A stretch of DNA of 64,000 bases from Chloroflexota bacterium (GCA_005880985.1 VBIQ01000009.1:29025-93024); one strand, 5' to 3'; shown: positions 20,561 through 29,748, counted from the stretch's first letter. Made by a program: numbers and translations. Notes: a model not told the origin generated them from the sequence alone.

Positions 20561-21436
20561 ATGGCCGACTGGACCGGCGTCGCGGGGAGACGGGTCGTGA
20601 TCACCGGCGCGACCAACGGCATCGGGCTGGCGGGGGCCAAGGCGCTGGCCGCTCGCGGGGCGCAGCTGACCATCGTCGCCCGCAGCCAGGCCAGGGCCGC
20701 CGGCGCCGCGGCGCAGATCACCGCGGCCGGGGCCGGGGCGCGAGTCGACACGCTGATCGCCGACCTCGCCTCGCAGGCGTCGATCCGCCGCCTCGCCGCC
20801 GAGATCCAGGACCGCTATCCGAGACTCGACGTGCTGGTCAACAACGCCGGAGCGATCAACTCGAGCCGACAGCTCACCGAGGACGGCATCGAGATGACCT
20901 GGGCGGTGAACCATCTGGCGCCATTCCTGCTCACCACCCTGCTGCTCGAGCGCCTGCGGCAGAGCGCGCCGGCGCGCGTCATCACCACCGCCTCCGACGC
21001 CCACAAGGGCGCCCACATCCCCTTCGACGACCTCAACGCCGAGCGCTCCTACCGCAACTTCGGGTTTGCCCGCTACGGCGAGACCAAGCTGGCGAACATC
21101 CTCTTCACCGCCGAGCTGGCCCGACGCCTGGCCGGCACCGGCGTCACCGCGAACTGCTTCCATCCCGGCTTCGTGGCGACCGGTTTCAACCGCAACAACG
21201 GCCCGCTGATGAATGTCGCGATGACCATCGCCAGGCCCTTCGCGCGCAGTGTGGAGAAGGGAGCCGAGACGCTGGTGTGGCTGGTCGACTCGCCGCAGGT
21301 TGCCAGTGAGAGTGGCGGCTACTTCGTCGACAAGAAGAGGGCGACGCCGACCGACACGGCGCAGGACGTGGAGGCGGCCCGCCGGCTGTGGGAGATCAGC
21401 GAGAAGCAGACGCAGGCGGTGGGTGTGCCAAGCTGA
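20561..21436 (+). CDS. SDR family oxidoreductase (retinol-dehydrogenase-like)
   Basis: 'VVITGATNGIGLAGA', 'NNAG', 'YGETKLANILF'. Confidence 0.85.
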   Translation: MADWTGVAGRRVVITGATNGIGLAGAKALAARGAQLTIVARSQARAAGAAAQITAAGAGARVDTLIADLASQASIRRLAAEIQDRYPRLDVLVNNAGAINSSRQLTEDGIEMTWAVNHLAPFLLTTLLLERLRQSAPARVITTASDAHKGAHIPFDDLNAERSYRNFGFARYGETKLANILFTAELARRLAGTGVTANCFHPGFVATGFNRNNGPLMNVAMTIARPFARSVEKGAETLVWLVDSPQVASESGGYFVDKKRATPTDTAQDVEAARRLWEISEKQTQAVGVPS

Positions 21437-21444
21437 GCCAGGCC

Positions 21445-22068
21445 ATGTCGCCGCCGATCGCGCACTGCACCGAAAGCCAGTGCGGCCAGACGATCGTGCA
21501 GCCGTGCAGCTACGTCGACGCCGGCGGCCGCTCCTGTGCCACGTCCTGGTGCGCGGTGCACGCCTGGACCATCGGTGGAGAGGCCTACTGCCGCCGGCAC
21601 GCCGGGACCAAGTGGGCGCTCGCCGCCGGTGAGGGTCCGGCGCTCGCCGCCCCCGACATCGACAACCGTGCTCCGGCATTGATCTACTGGGTCTCCGGCG
21701 ACCTCGACGCCGAGATGCGCGCGCTGCTGAGCGCTGTCAGCTCGGAGGCGGATGCGGTGGTGGTGTCGGGACCCATCACCCTGCAGCCAGCGCCGTCGAC
21801 CCAGGTCTGGGTGCGCTCCTGGTGGCTCGCCGGCCGCGCCGGCACCATCCTCACCTCGATGAGCCTGGAGGTCGACGAAGCGCGCTCCGAGCGCGTCGTG
21901 GTCAGGGTCAACCACCAGGAGCTGGTCACGGTGACACCGCCCTGGATCGAGCAGCGCCTCGCCGGCCTGTCGGTGGATGCGGAGGAGGACGCGGCCCGCC
22001 GCCGGCGCTTCTACCGCTTCATCGGCGACGTGATCGCCGCCGCGCTGGGCCTCGAGCCCTCGGCGTGA
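21445..22068 (+). CDS. Hypothetical protein with Cys/His-rich N-terminus
   Basis: Start moved to 'MSPPIAHC' to avoid overlap with the SDR gene. The first ~52 aa contain 7 Cys and 3 His (possible zinc ribbon). No family recognised. Confidence 0.45.
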   Translation: MSPPIAHCTESQCGQTIVQPCSYVDAGGRSCATSWCAVHAWTIGGEAYCRRHAGTKWALAAGEGPALAAPDIDNRAPALIYWVSGDLDAEMRALLSAVSSEADAVVVSGPITLQPAPSTQVWVRSWWLAGRAGTILTSMSLEVDEARSERVVVRVNHQELVTVTPPWIEQRLAGLSVDAEEDAARRRRFYRFIGDVIAAALGLEPSA

Positions 22069-22295
22069 TCGGCGATCACCGTGGTTCGGCGGCTCCCGCG
22101 GGTCGCCAGGCCGTCGAGCAGCCGTTCGGCGGCCTCTGACACCTGGTCGACGGCGGCGTCGAAGACGGCCTGGTTCGCCATCGAGGGGCTGCGATAGCCG
22201 CTGAGCTTGCGCACGAACTGCAGGGCGGCGGCACGGACGTCGGCGTCGGTGGCAGGCGGCTCCTGCCCGCGCAGGGTCTTGATGCTCCGGCACAC
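22011..22295 (-). CDS. DUF2277 family small protein
   Basis: GTG start at 'VCRSIKTLRGQEPPATDADVRAAALQFVRKLSGY', which matches the DUF2277 N-terminus (MCRNI.TL...PPAT.EE..AAALQ.VRK.SG). The longer track start at 22430 was rejected. Confidence 0.65.
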   Translation of the reverse strand: MCRSIKTLRGQEPPATDADVRAAALQFVRKLSGYRSPSMANQAVFDAAVDQVSEAAERLLDGLATRGSRRTTVIADHAEGSRPSAAAITSPMKR

Positions 22296-22410
22296 GGCTC
22301 GAGGGTAGCCGCTGTCGGGTCCAGGCCGCGTCGAAGGCGTGGGTGGTCGGCCGGGCACTCCCAAGCCGGGTCGAGGGGGAGCGCCCGCCAGGGGGCAGCC
22401 GCCCGGGCAC

Positions 22411-22440
22411 TTGACAAAGTGATAGGTCAATCAATAATAT
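22411..22440 (+). promoter_or_regulatory. Sigma70-like promoter (TTGACA-18 nt-TAATAT) for the TetR gene, in an AT-rich patch
   Basis: ttgacaaagtgataggtcaatcaataatat read directly. The predicted TSS is ~22447, implying a leaderless or near-leaderless transcript starting at ATG 22448. Contains TCAATCAATAA. Confidence 0.5.
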
Positions 22441-23017
22441 GCTCCCCATGACCCCGGCAGCCACCGCCACCCTGGGCCGCCAGACCGCCGACGAGCGCCG
22501 CGAGACCGTGCTTCGCGCCGCCGCCGTGGAGTTCGCCGAGCTCGGCTACCAGGCGGCCAGCACCGCCGCCATCGCCAAGCGCGCGGGCATCAGCCAGCCG
22601 TACATCTACGCCCTGTTTCCCAACAAGCAGGAGCTGTTCTTCGCGGTCTATGACCGCACCCTCGGTCGCATCCGCTCGACCTTCGCGGAGGCGGTCCGGG
22701 GCGCCACCGGCGTCGAGGACGCCCTGCACCGCATGGGCGCGACCTACCCGGCGCTGATCGAGGACCGCGTCGCCCTGCTCTGCCAGCTGCAGGCCCACGC
22801 GGCGTCCGGCGACGCCGCCGTCCGCGAGCACGTGGCCAAGGGATTCCAGGCCTTGGTCGACGACGTGGCCCGGTCCAGCGGGGCGTCGCCGCGCCAGGTC
22901 GCCGAGTTCTTCGCGGTGGGGATGCTCGCCAACGTCAGCACCATCCTCGGCCTGCCCGGCCTGTGTGCGCCCCTGTGGGACGAGAAGCAGTCGCCGTCCG
23001 GCGAGAAGCCGGCCTGA
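22439..23017 (+). CDS. TetR/AcrR family transcriptional regulator
   Basis: N-terminal HTH 'RETVLRAAAVEFAELGYQAASTAAIAKRAGISQPYIYALFPNKQELF'. The true start may be ATG 22448. Confidence 0.9.
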   Translation: MLPMTPAATATLGRQTADERRETVLRAAAVEFAELGYQAASTAAIAKRAGISQPYIYALFPNKQELFFAVYDRTLGRIRSTFAEAVRGATGVEDALHRMGATYPALIEDRVALLCQLQAHAASGDAAVREHVAKGFQALVDDVARSSGASPRQVAEFFAVGMLANVSTILGLPGLCAPLWDEKQSPSGEKPA

Positions 23018-23047
23018 TCACCCGGCAAATTTTTTTTGGTCCGTGAA

Positions 23048-23067
23048 GTTATCAATCCATCAATAAC
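23048..23067. promoter_or_regulatory. Candidate TetR operator upstream of the MFS gene (GTT-ATCAAT-CC-ATCAAT-AAC)
   Basis: Direct ATCAAT repeat with inverted GTT/AAC flanks in an AT-rich spacer. Shares TCAAT..CAATAA with the tetR promoter patch. Confidence 0.3.
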
Positions 23068-23091
23068 ACAGAGAAAGAGAAGGAGAAAGAG

Positions 23092-24516
23092 ATGACGACC
23101 CGCAGCCGCACCGGCTGGACCCTCGCCCTGGTGTCCGCCGCCCTGTTCATGGTCACCCTCGACAACCTGGTGGTGACCAACGCCCTGCCGCGCATCCGCG
23201 TCGACCTCGGTGCCGGCATCGACTCGCTGGAGTGGACGGTCAACGCCTACACCCTCAGCTTCGCGGTGCTCCTGCTCACCGGCGCTGCGCTGGGCGATCG
23301 CTTCGGCCGGCGCCGCATGTTCATCGCCGGTCTGGGCGTCTTCACCCTCGGCTCGGCCGCCGCGGCGCTGGCGCCCAGCACCACCGCGCTGATCGCGGCA
23401 CGCGCCATTCAGGGTTCGGGCGCCGCCATGGTCGCGCCCCTCACCCTGACGCTTCTCTCCGAGGCCTTCCCTGCCGGACGCCGCGGCGTGGCGCTCGGCA
23501 TCTGGTCGGGCATCAGCGGCCTGGGCGTCGCCCTCGGCCCGGTGATCGGCGGCGCGGTGATCGCCGGTTTCTCCTGGCACTGGATCTTCTGGCTCAACGT
23601 TCCCGTCGGCCTCGTCCTCATCCCGCTCGCCTGGTCCCGCCTGAGCGAGAGCCGCGGCCCCAATGCTCACCTCGATCTTCCCGGCGTCGCGCTCGCCAGC
23701 ATCGGCCTGCTCGGCATCGTCTACGGACTGGTCCGCGCCAACGCGCTGGGCTGGACCAGCGCCACCATCCTCGGCTCGCTGATCGGCGGTGCAGCGGTGC
23801 TGGGAGCGTTCGCGGCGTGGGAGCAGCGCACCTCCACCCCGATGCTGCCGCTGCGCTTCTTCCGCAGCCGCGCCTTCACCGCCACCAACGCCGTCTCGCT
23901 GACCATGTACTTCGGGATGTTCGGCTCGATCTTCCTGCTGGCCCAGTTCTTCCAGACCGCGCAGCACTTCTCGCCCTTCCAGGCGGGCCTGCGCACCCTG
24001 CCCTGGACCGGCATGCCGATGCTGGTCGCACCCCTGGCGGGCATCCTCTCCGACCGTCTCGGGAGCCGCCCCTTGATGTTCGCCGGGCTGGCCCTGCAGA
24101 CCGTCGCCCTCGGCTGGTTCGCGCTGGTGCTCGACGCCGGCATGCCGTACACCGCGGTGATCGGGCCGTTCATCATCGCCGGCACCGGCATGGCGCTGGT
24201 CTTCGCTCCCGCCGCCAACGCGGTGCTCGCCTCGGTTGCGCCCCACGAGGCCGGCCAGGCGTCCGGCGCCACCAACGCCATCCGCGAGGTCGGCGGAGTG
24301 CTCGGCGTCGCGGTGCTCGCCACCGTGTTCACCTCCGCCGGCGGCTACGCGACTCCCCACATCTTCGTGCAGGGACTGATCCCCGCGGTGATGGTCGGCG
24401 CCGGCGTGCTCGGCCTCGGTGCCGTCGCCGCGCTGTTCGTGCCGCGGCTGCGGCGGGCCCAGCCGGGCACAGCCCTGGTTGCAGCCGAGGCTGAGTCCGC
24501 GGCTCTGGCGGCCTGA
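23092..24516 (+). CDS. MFS transporter, DHA2 (EmrB/QacA-like, 14-TM) drug:H+ antiporter
   Basis: 474 aa; 'LDNLVVTNALPRI', 'GALGDRFGRRRMF'. Purine-rich SD gaaggagaaagag. Confidence 0.9.
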   Translation: MTTRSRTGWTLALVSAALFMVTLDNLVVTNALPRIRVDLGAGIDSLEWTVNAYTLSFAVLLLTGAALGDRFGRRRMFIAGLGVFTLGSAAAALAPSTTALIAARAIQGSGAAMVAPLTLTLLSEAFPAGRRGVALGIWSGISGLGVALGPVIGGAVIAGFSWHWIFWLNVPVGLVLIPLAWSRLSESRGPNAHLDLPGVALASIGLLGIVYGLVRANALGWTSATILGSLIGGAAVLGAFAAWEQRTSTPMLPLRFFRSRAFTATNAVSLTMYFGMFGSIFLLAQFFQTAQHFSPFQAGLRTLPWTGMPMLVAPLAGILSDRLGSRPLMFAGLALQTVALGWFALVLDAGMPYTAVIGPFIIAGTGMALVFAPAANAVLASVAPHEAGQASGATNAIREVGGVLGVAVLATVFTSAGGYATPHIFVQGLIPAVMVGAGVLGLGAVAALFVPRLRRAQPGTALVAAEAESAALAA

Positions 24517-24522
24517 CCACCT

Positions 24523-25785
24523 TCAACCCGGCAGCGGCGCTCGGGAGACCTGACCGTCTCCCGGACGCCGTTCGCGTGGTCGCAGGCGCACCGCGACGGT
24601 CGACGCGGCGATGCTCAGGACGACCGCGCACAGGAGCGCGGTGTACAGCCGGGACGGGATGACGTTCCGGGAGACGCCGATCGAGCCGAGCACGAAGCTG
24701 AACTCGCCCACCTGTCCGAGCCCGAGCGCCAGCTGCCATGGCCGCACCGCCGGACGATGCAGCAACGGGACGAGCACGCGAATGACCGCGATCTTGGCGA
24801 CGACGATGAGGCCGATCACCAGGCCCAGCCACTCGAGCGAGTCGGGGATGGCGCGGGGATCGATGAGCGTGCCCAAGGCGACGAAGAACATCACCGCGAA
24901 GATGTCGCGGAAGGGAAGGAGCCGGCGCCGGGCCTCGTCCGCATCCGGGCTCTCGCCAACCGCCAGGCCGGCGACGAACGCGGCCAGTGCCAGCGGCACC
25001 TCGAAGACGCGGGCACCGACACCGGCGATCACCAGTCCGCCGGCGAGCGACAGCATGAGAAAGAGGTCCGGCTCGGCGCGCAGGCCGCGCAGGAGTTGAG
25101 GGAGAAGCCAGGCAGCGGCCACGGCGATGACCAGGAACAGGGCGATGCCTGCGGCCAGCAGTGGGATGGGGCGCGAGCTCACCTGGAGGGTCGAGAGCAA
25201 CCCCATCGAGACGGCGACGCCGGTCACGTCCTGCATCACGCTCCAGCCGAGGAGTGATGTCTCGGTCTCGGCGTTGGTCGTGCGCCGTCGACTCCGGGTG
25301 ATGTTGACGACCACCACGCTCGACGAGAGCGCGACCGCGAGGCCCAGCACCATGCCGCCGCGAAGTCCGAGCCCCATCCCCATGCCGACGCCGATGCCGC
25401 CGGCGAGGGTGACGAGCACCTGGAGGGGGGCAGACCACAGCAGCCCGCCGTGCTCTCGACGGAGACGCAGCGGATCGATCTCGATGCCGACCTCGAAGAG
25501 CAGGAACACCACCCCGAAGTCGGCCAGGGTCTGCAGCTGATGGCGGTCGGCGACATATCCCGGGGTGAACGGCGAGACGATCAGCCCGACCATCAGGTAG
25601 CCGGTGATGGCGGGTAGGCCGATGCGGCGCACCGCCCAGCCGGCGCCGGTCGCCAGCACCAGGACCAGGCCGATCTCGAGGACGTTGACCGCCGACGCCT
25701 CCACCGGCTCGAAGTGTGGACGGTCGTCATGCGGCGGCGCGCCGCAAGATCCGGGGTGGTCCGCCCGTCCGTTGTGGTGGGGCAA
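24523..25785 (-). CDS. Cation:proton antiporter (CPA2/Kef-type membrane domain)
   Basis: 420 aa ORF; 'LPAITGYLMVGLIVSPFTPGY', 'FLLFEVGIEID'. The start codon is uncertain and probably internal, near 'VNVLEIGLVL'. Confidence 0.85.
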   Translation of the reverse strand: MPHHNGRADHPGSCGAPPHDDRPHFEPVEASAVNVLEIGLVLVLATGAGWAVRRIGLPAITGYLMVGLIVSPFTPGYVADRHQLQTLADFGVVFLLFEVGIEIDPLRLRREHGGLLWSAPLQVLVTLAGGIGVGMGMGLGLRGGMVLGLAVALSSSVVVVNITRSRRRTTNAETETSLLGWSVMQDVTGVAVSMGLLSTLQVSSRPIPLLAAGIALFLVIAVAAAWLLPQLLRGLRAEPDLFLMLSLAGGLVIAGVGARVFEVPLALAAFVAGLAVGESPDADEARRRLLPFRDIFAVMFFVALGTLIDPRAIPDSLEWLGLVIGLIVVAKIAVIRVLVPLLHRPAVRPWQLALGLGQVGEFSFVLGSIGVSRNVIPSRLYTALLCAVVLSIAASTVAVRLRPRERRPGDGQVSRAPLPG

Positions 25786-25819
25786 CCCGGCTCGACCACC
25801 TCAGGAGGAGGACCTCTCC

Positions 25820-27427
25820 GTGAACCGGCACCTGCTCGCGATCGGGGCCGCCGTACTCGCGGCCGGCGCCACCATCCCTGCCATACCCCTGGCGACGAGG
25901 GCCAGCTACAACGACCAGGCCGGCCACGATGCCGCGGTGCAGAAGCTTCGCGATCGCGGCTACCTGGTCGGCGATGAGGCGCGCTACGCCGCCCTCAAGG
26001 AGGCCGCCATCGCCAAGGCGCCCGGCTGGCAGGGCGTCGCCGCGGCTCGCCCGTCGCGGCCTCCGGCGTCGACCGCAGCGCCGGCGCCGTCGCCGAGCTT
26101 CGGGGGCGTCCGCGAAAACGACCTGTCGCCATCGGACAGCACCGGTGCCATCGGCACAACCGAGTACGTCGAGGCCATCAACGTCCAGCTGGCGCTCTAC
26201 AGCCGCAGCGGCTCGAAGATCGCGTCGGGACCTGCCGAGAAGCTCACCGGGACCACGCACTTCGATCTCTCGGATCCGCAGGTCCTCTGGGACAAGAACA
26301 CCAACCGCTTCTACTACCTCTACCTCGACGTCACCGACAGCACCTTCCGCTGGGGTTTCAGCAAATCCGCCGGTCCGAAGTCGGTGACCGGGCGCGACTG
26401 GTGCAGCTACACAGCCGACTTCGGCTACGGCCTCGAGCTGCCCGACTACCCGAAGATGGGACAGACCACCCACAACCTCATCGTCTCGGCCAACGTTTAC
26501 GCAGGCCAGGCGTTCGTGGGCGCCGACCTCGACTTCATCCAGAAGCCGAGCGGTACGGCGACGATCACATCCTGTCCGAAGGGGCCCTTCGCGCAGAGCC
26601 AGACGAGGATGCTGACCAACCCCGATGGTGCGCCCGCTTCTGACCTCAGCCCGGGCGTTCAGGAAGATGCAGGGCTCAATGCCTGGGTCGCCGGGCTCCC
26701 CGATCCGACCAACTCGGGCACGTTCACAGGTAGCTACCTCGACCTCTACGAGGTCACCGAGACCGGCCCGGGCACCGCCACGGTGAGCCCCGCGACGGCG
26801 ATCACGGTTGCGTCATACGACCTGCCCGCTCCGGCGCCCCAGAAGGGCACCACCGCTGCCCTCGACACCCTGGACGGCCGGCTGACGCACGCCGTCACCG
26901 ACAGGGACCCGGCCATCGGCGGCCTTGCGCTCTGGACCTCGCACACCGTCTTCGGTGGCGCCGGTGCCCAGGTGCGTTGGTACGAGATCAACGTGACCAG
27001 TCAAACGCTGGCGCAGCCGGAAGGCTACATCACCGATCCGAGTCTCTCCGTGCTCGACGGCGGCGTGTCTGACGACCGTGCTGTCAACGCCGGACTGTTC
27101 GGCAGCGACATGGTGGCCGGCGTGACCACCTCGTCCTCGACCACCTATCCCGCCGATCAGGAGGTCGTCAAGGTTGGCCACGCGGGGGCGCAGTCTCCGC
27201 TGGCGATGGTCCACCAGTCTCCCGCCGCGGACCAGGGCTTTGACTGCTTCGTCGATCCGGGCCGGTTCGTCTGCCGCTGGGGCGACTACTCCGGTGCAGT
27301 TCCCGATCCGGCTCCTCCCTCCGCGACCGTCGGCCGCGTATGGCTGGCGCAGATGGACTCCGTCGGGGGCGGTCCCAACCCACTCGCAGCCGAGTGGGGA
27401 ACGTGGAACTGGGCAGCAGCCCCGTAA
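25820..27427 (+). CDS. Secreted hypothetical protein
   Basis: GTG start after aggaggagg. Signal peptide 'VNRHLLAIGAAVLAAGATIPAIPLATRA'. No family recognised. Confidence 0.6.
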   Translation: MNRHLLAIGAAVLAAGATIPAIPLATRASYNDQAGHDAAVQKLRDRGYLVGDEARYAALKEAAIAKAPGWQGVAAARPSRPPASTAAPAPSPSFGGVRENDLSPSDSTGAIGTTEYVEAINVQLALYSRSGSKIASGPAEKLTGTTHFDLSDPQVLWDKNTNRFYYLYLDVTDSTFRWGFSKSAGPKSVTGRDWCSYTADFGYGLELPDYPKMGQTTHNLIVSANVYAGQAFVGADLDFIQKPSGTATITSCPKGPFAQSQTRMLTNPDGAPASDLSPGVQEDAGLNAWVAGLPDPTNSGTFTGSYLDLYEVTETGPGTATVSPATAITVASYDLPAPAPQKGTTAALDTLDGRLTHAVTDRDPAIGGLALWTSHTVFGGAGAQVRWYEINVTSQTLAQPEGYITDPSLSVLDGGVSDDRAVNAGLFGSDMVAGVTTSSSTTYPADQEVVKVGHAGAQSPLAMVHQSPAADQGFDCFVDPGRFVCRWGDYSGAVPDPAPPSATVGRVWLAQMDSVGGGPNPLAAEWGTWNWAAAP

Positions 27428-27438
27428 GCCCGATCGCT

Positions 27439-27550
27439 TCACCTCGGCAGCGACGCCCGGGAGGCCTCACCGTCTCCCGGGCGTCGGCCGCCTGGTCGCA
27501 GCCGCACCGCCACGGTCGACGCGGCGATGCTGAGAACGAAAGCGCGCGTC
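27439..27550 (-). pseudogene. Remnant of the 3' end (last ~35 codons plus stop) of a CPA2 antiporter paralog
   Basis: 27458-27547 aligns by eye with 24542-24631 at ~76/90 nt. It translates 'FVLSIAASTVAVRLRPGGRRPGDGEASRASLPR*', against the intact gene's '...VVLSIAASTVAVRLRPRERRPGDGQVSRAPLPG*'. Confidence 0.8.
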
Positions 27551-27617
27551 AGCCTCCCGACTCGATGAGTCAGGCATCCATGCGCGACACTCACGACATG
27601 GCGGACACCGCCGCGCG

Positions 27618-28706
27618 ATGACGGCCCGAGCCCTCGTCCTGGTCGCGCCGACGCGGCTCGAGGAGCGGGAGTTTCCGCTGCCCGCGATCGGCGACGCCGA
27701 CGGGCTGTTGCGGGTGGAGGCCGCCGGTATCTGCGGCACCGATGTGCAGCAGTACCGTGGCCGGCTCGGTGGGGTTCCCTGCGTCACCCCCGTGATCCCC
27801 GGCCACGAGATCGTCGGCCGCGTGGAGCGTGCGGGGGCCGATGCGCTTCTCCGCTGGGGCGTGGCGATCGGCGACCGCGTCCTGGTGGAGGAGGTGCTGC
27901 GCTGCGGCGACTGCTCCGCCTGTGCCACCGGTGCACGCGGCTGCGAGCGCATGCGCGTCTACGGCCTCACGGTGACGATCGATGAGCCGCCGGGATTGTG
28001 GGGCGGCTACTCGACCCACCTGTATCTCGCGCCGACCGTCGACCTGCATCGAGTCCCCGATGGGGTCGAACCGGCGGTGGCGGTGCTCGCCATGCCCGTC
28101 GCCAACGGCCTGCGATGGGCGGGCGCATTGCCGGGAACCCCCCCGGGAGCCAGCGTGGTGATCCTTGGCCCCGGACAGCAGGGTCTCGGCTGCGCGGTCG
28201 GCGCCCTGGTGGCGGGAGCCGGGACGGTGATCGTCGTCGGCCGCGCGATCGATCACCGCCGGCTGGAGATGGCCCGCGAGCTCGGCGCCCACCACACCGT
28301 CGACGCCGACGCGACCGATCCAGTTGCAGCGGTCCGCGAGCTCTGTCACGGGAGTGGTGCCGACGTCGTCATCGACGCCACGGCGGAAGCGGTGAAGGCG
28401 GTGACTCAGGCGATCGACATGTGCGCGACCGGCGGCACCGTGGTGCTGGCGGGGCTGAAGGGCTCCGCGCCGATTCCCGGGCTGGTCAGCGACACCATCG
28501 TCCTCAAGGGACTGCGCATCCTCGGCGCCGGCGGCCACGACCACGCATCGGTCGATGCGGCCCTGCGCCTGCTCGCCTCCGGCCGCTTCCCGCTGGAGCG
28601 GATGGCGACGCACGCATACCCGCTGGCCGAGGCCGAGCACGCGCTGCGGGTGGTCGCGCGCGAGGTGAAGGGGGAGAAGCCGATCCACGTCAGCCTGATT
28701 CCGTGA
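27618..28706 (+). CDS. Zinc-dependent medium-chain alcohol dehydrogenase family protein
   Basis: 'GICGTDV', 'GHEIVGRV', structural-zinc 'CGDCSACATGARGC', 'ILGPGQQGLG'. Confidence 0.9.
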   Translation: MTARALVLVAPTRLEEREFPLPAIGDADGLLRVEAAGICGTDVQQYRGRLGGVPCVTPVIPGHEIVGRVERAGADALLRWGVAIGDRVLVEEVLRCGDCSACATGARGCERMRVYGLTVTIDEPPGLWGGYSTHLYLAPTVDLHRVPDGVEPAVAVLAMPVANGLRWAGALPGTPPGASVVILGPGQQGLGCAVGALVAGAGTVIVVGRAIDHRRLEMARELGAHHTVDADATDPVAAVRELCHGSGADVVIDATAEAVKAVTQAIDMCATGGTVVLAGLKGSAPIPGLVSDTIVLKGLRILGAGGHDHASVDAALRLLASGRFPLERMATHAYPLAEAEHALRVVAREVKGEKPIHVSLIP

Positions 28707-28754
28707 CCAGAGTGCTCACGCGCTGACGGGTTCCTCCGCCGCGACGCGATCCGC

Positions 28755-29201
28755 TCAGATCGGCTCGATACGGAACACCGGATGGCCGGGAGCGATGCGA
28801 TGCAACTCCTCGTCGGGTGCATCCGGACCGACGCCTCCGAAGAACGCGCCGACCTCGACCTTCCACTTCTTCAGATAGGCGCGCAGGATCGGCGGCTTCT
28901 CGTCGTCGGCGAGCTCGGTCGCCTTGAAGCGCTCGACCTGCCGGCCGACGCGCAGCTCGCCCTCGCCGGCGACACGGAGATTGCGCACCCACTGGGTGTG
29001 TCCGCGCGGCGCGACGAGGTACCGCGTACCGTCGCGGACTAGCAGATTGACCGGGGTGGTTCGCCACTCGCCGGTCTTGCGGCCGCGGACGGCGAGGACC
29101 CGGCTGCCGCGGACGCTCAGGCCGGCGCGGGTGAGGGCGGCGACGATCCGGTTGGAGACGTGGACGGTGAACCATCCGGGCTGCTGGAATCGCGCGCTCA
29201 T
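28755..29201 (-). CDS. Deazaflavin (F420)-dependent nitroreductase family protein (Ddn/DUF385-like)
   Basis: 148 aa; 'LAVRGRKTGEWRTTPVNLL..DG.RYLVAPRG.TQWVRNLRVAG'. Confidence 0.8.
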   Translation of the reverse strand: MSARFQQPGWFTVHVSNRIVAALTRAGLSVRGSRVLAVRGRKTGEWRTTPVNLLVRDGTRYLVAPRGHTQWVRNLRVAGEGELRVGRQVERFKATELADDEKPPILRAYLKKWKVEVGAFFGGVGPDAPDEELHRIAPGHPVFRIEPI

Positions 29202-29239
29202 CCCCCCACCCGCGCAGGGGCCGCCGCGGCGAGCCGCAC

Positions 29240-29557
29240 CTAGTACACGGTCGGGACGTCGACGGTCTTCTGGATCAGCTCCTCGATGGGCGTGACCAGG
29301 TAGAACTCCATCTCGGTGAAATGCATGAACCCGGCGTCGAAGAGCAGGTCACGGGCCACCTCTGCGCTCGGTGCGTCGAGGAGCAGCATCGCCTTGTGGG
29401 CGGGGTCGAGGTGGATGTTGAGGAGGACCTTCACCCCCGCCTTCTCCGCCTTGGCCGGCAGCTCCGGCAGGTTCTTCAGGGCGAACTCCCTGACCGCCCT
29501 GTTGGTCATCGGGCAATTGTCCGGCGGATGGCTCTGCAGGATCGCGTACTGAGGCAT
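29240..29557 (-). CDS. Hypothetical small protein
   Basis: Start at 'MPQYAILQSHPPDNCP'. GC3-rich frame. No family recognised. Confidence 0.45.
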   Translation of the reverse strand: MPQYAILQSHPPDNCPMTNRAVREFALKNLPELPAKAEKAGVKVLLNIHLDPAHKAMLLLDAPSAEVARDLLFDAGFMHFTEMEFYLVTPIEELIQKTVDVPTVY

Positions 29558-29748
29558 GTGACTGACCCTCTCCTGGTTCGGCTGCCAACTTCCCGACAGC
29601 CTAGTCACAACCAACCGGGTCTCTCAAGTACCTCCGGCGCCACCCGGTCAGCCGCTTCGGGAACCTTGCCGGGCCCGCACGCGTCGTGGACACAGAACCA
29701 CGGCTCGCTCCCCGCGGCGGAGGGCGCGCGTCCCACGGAGAGACCACG

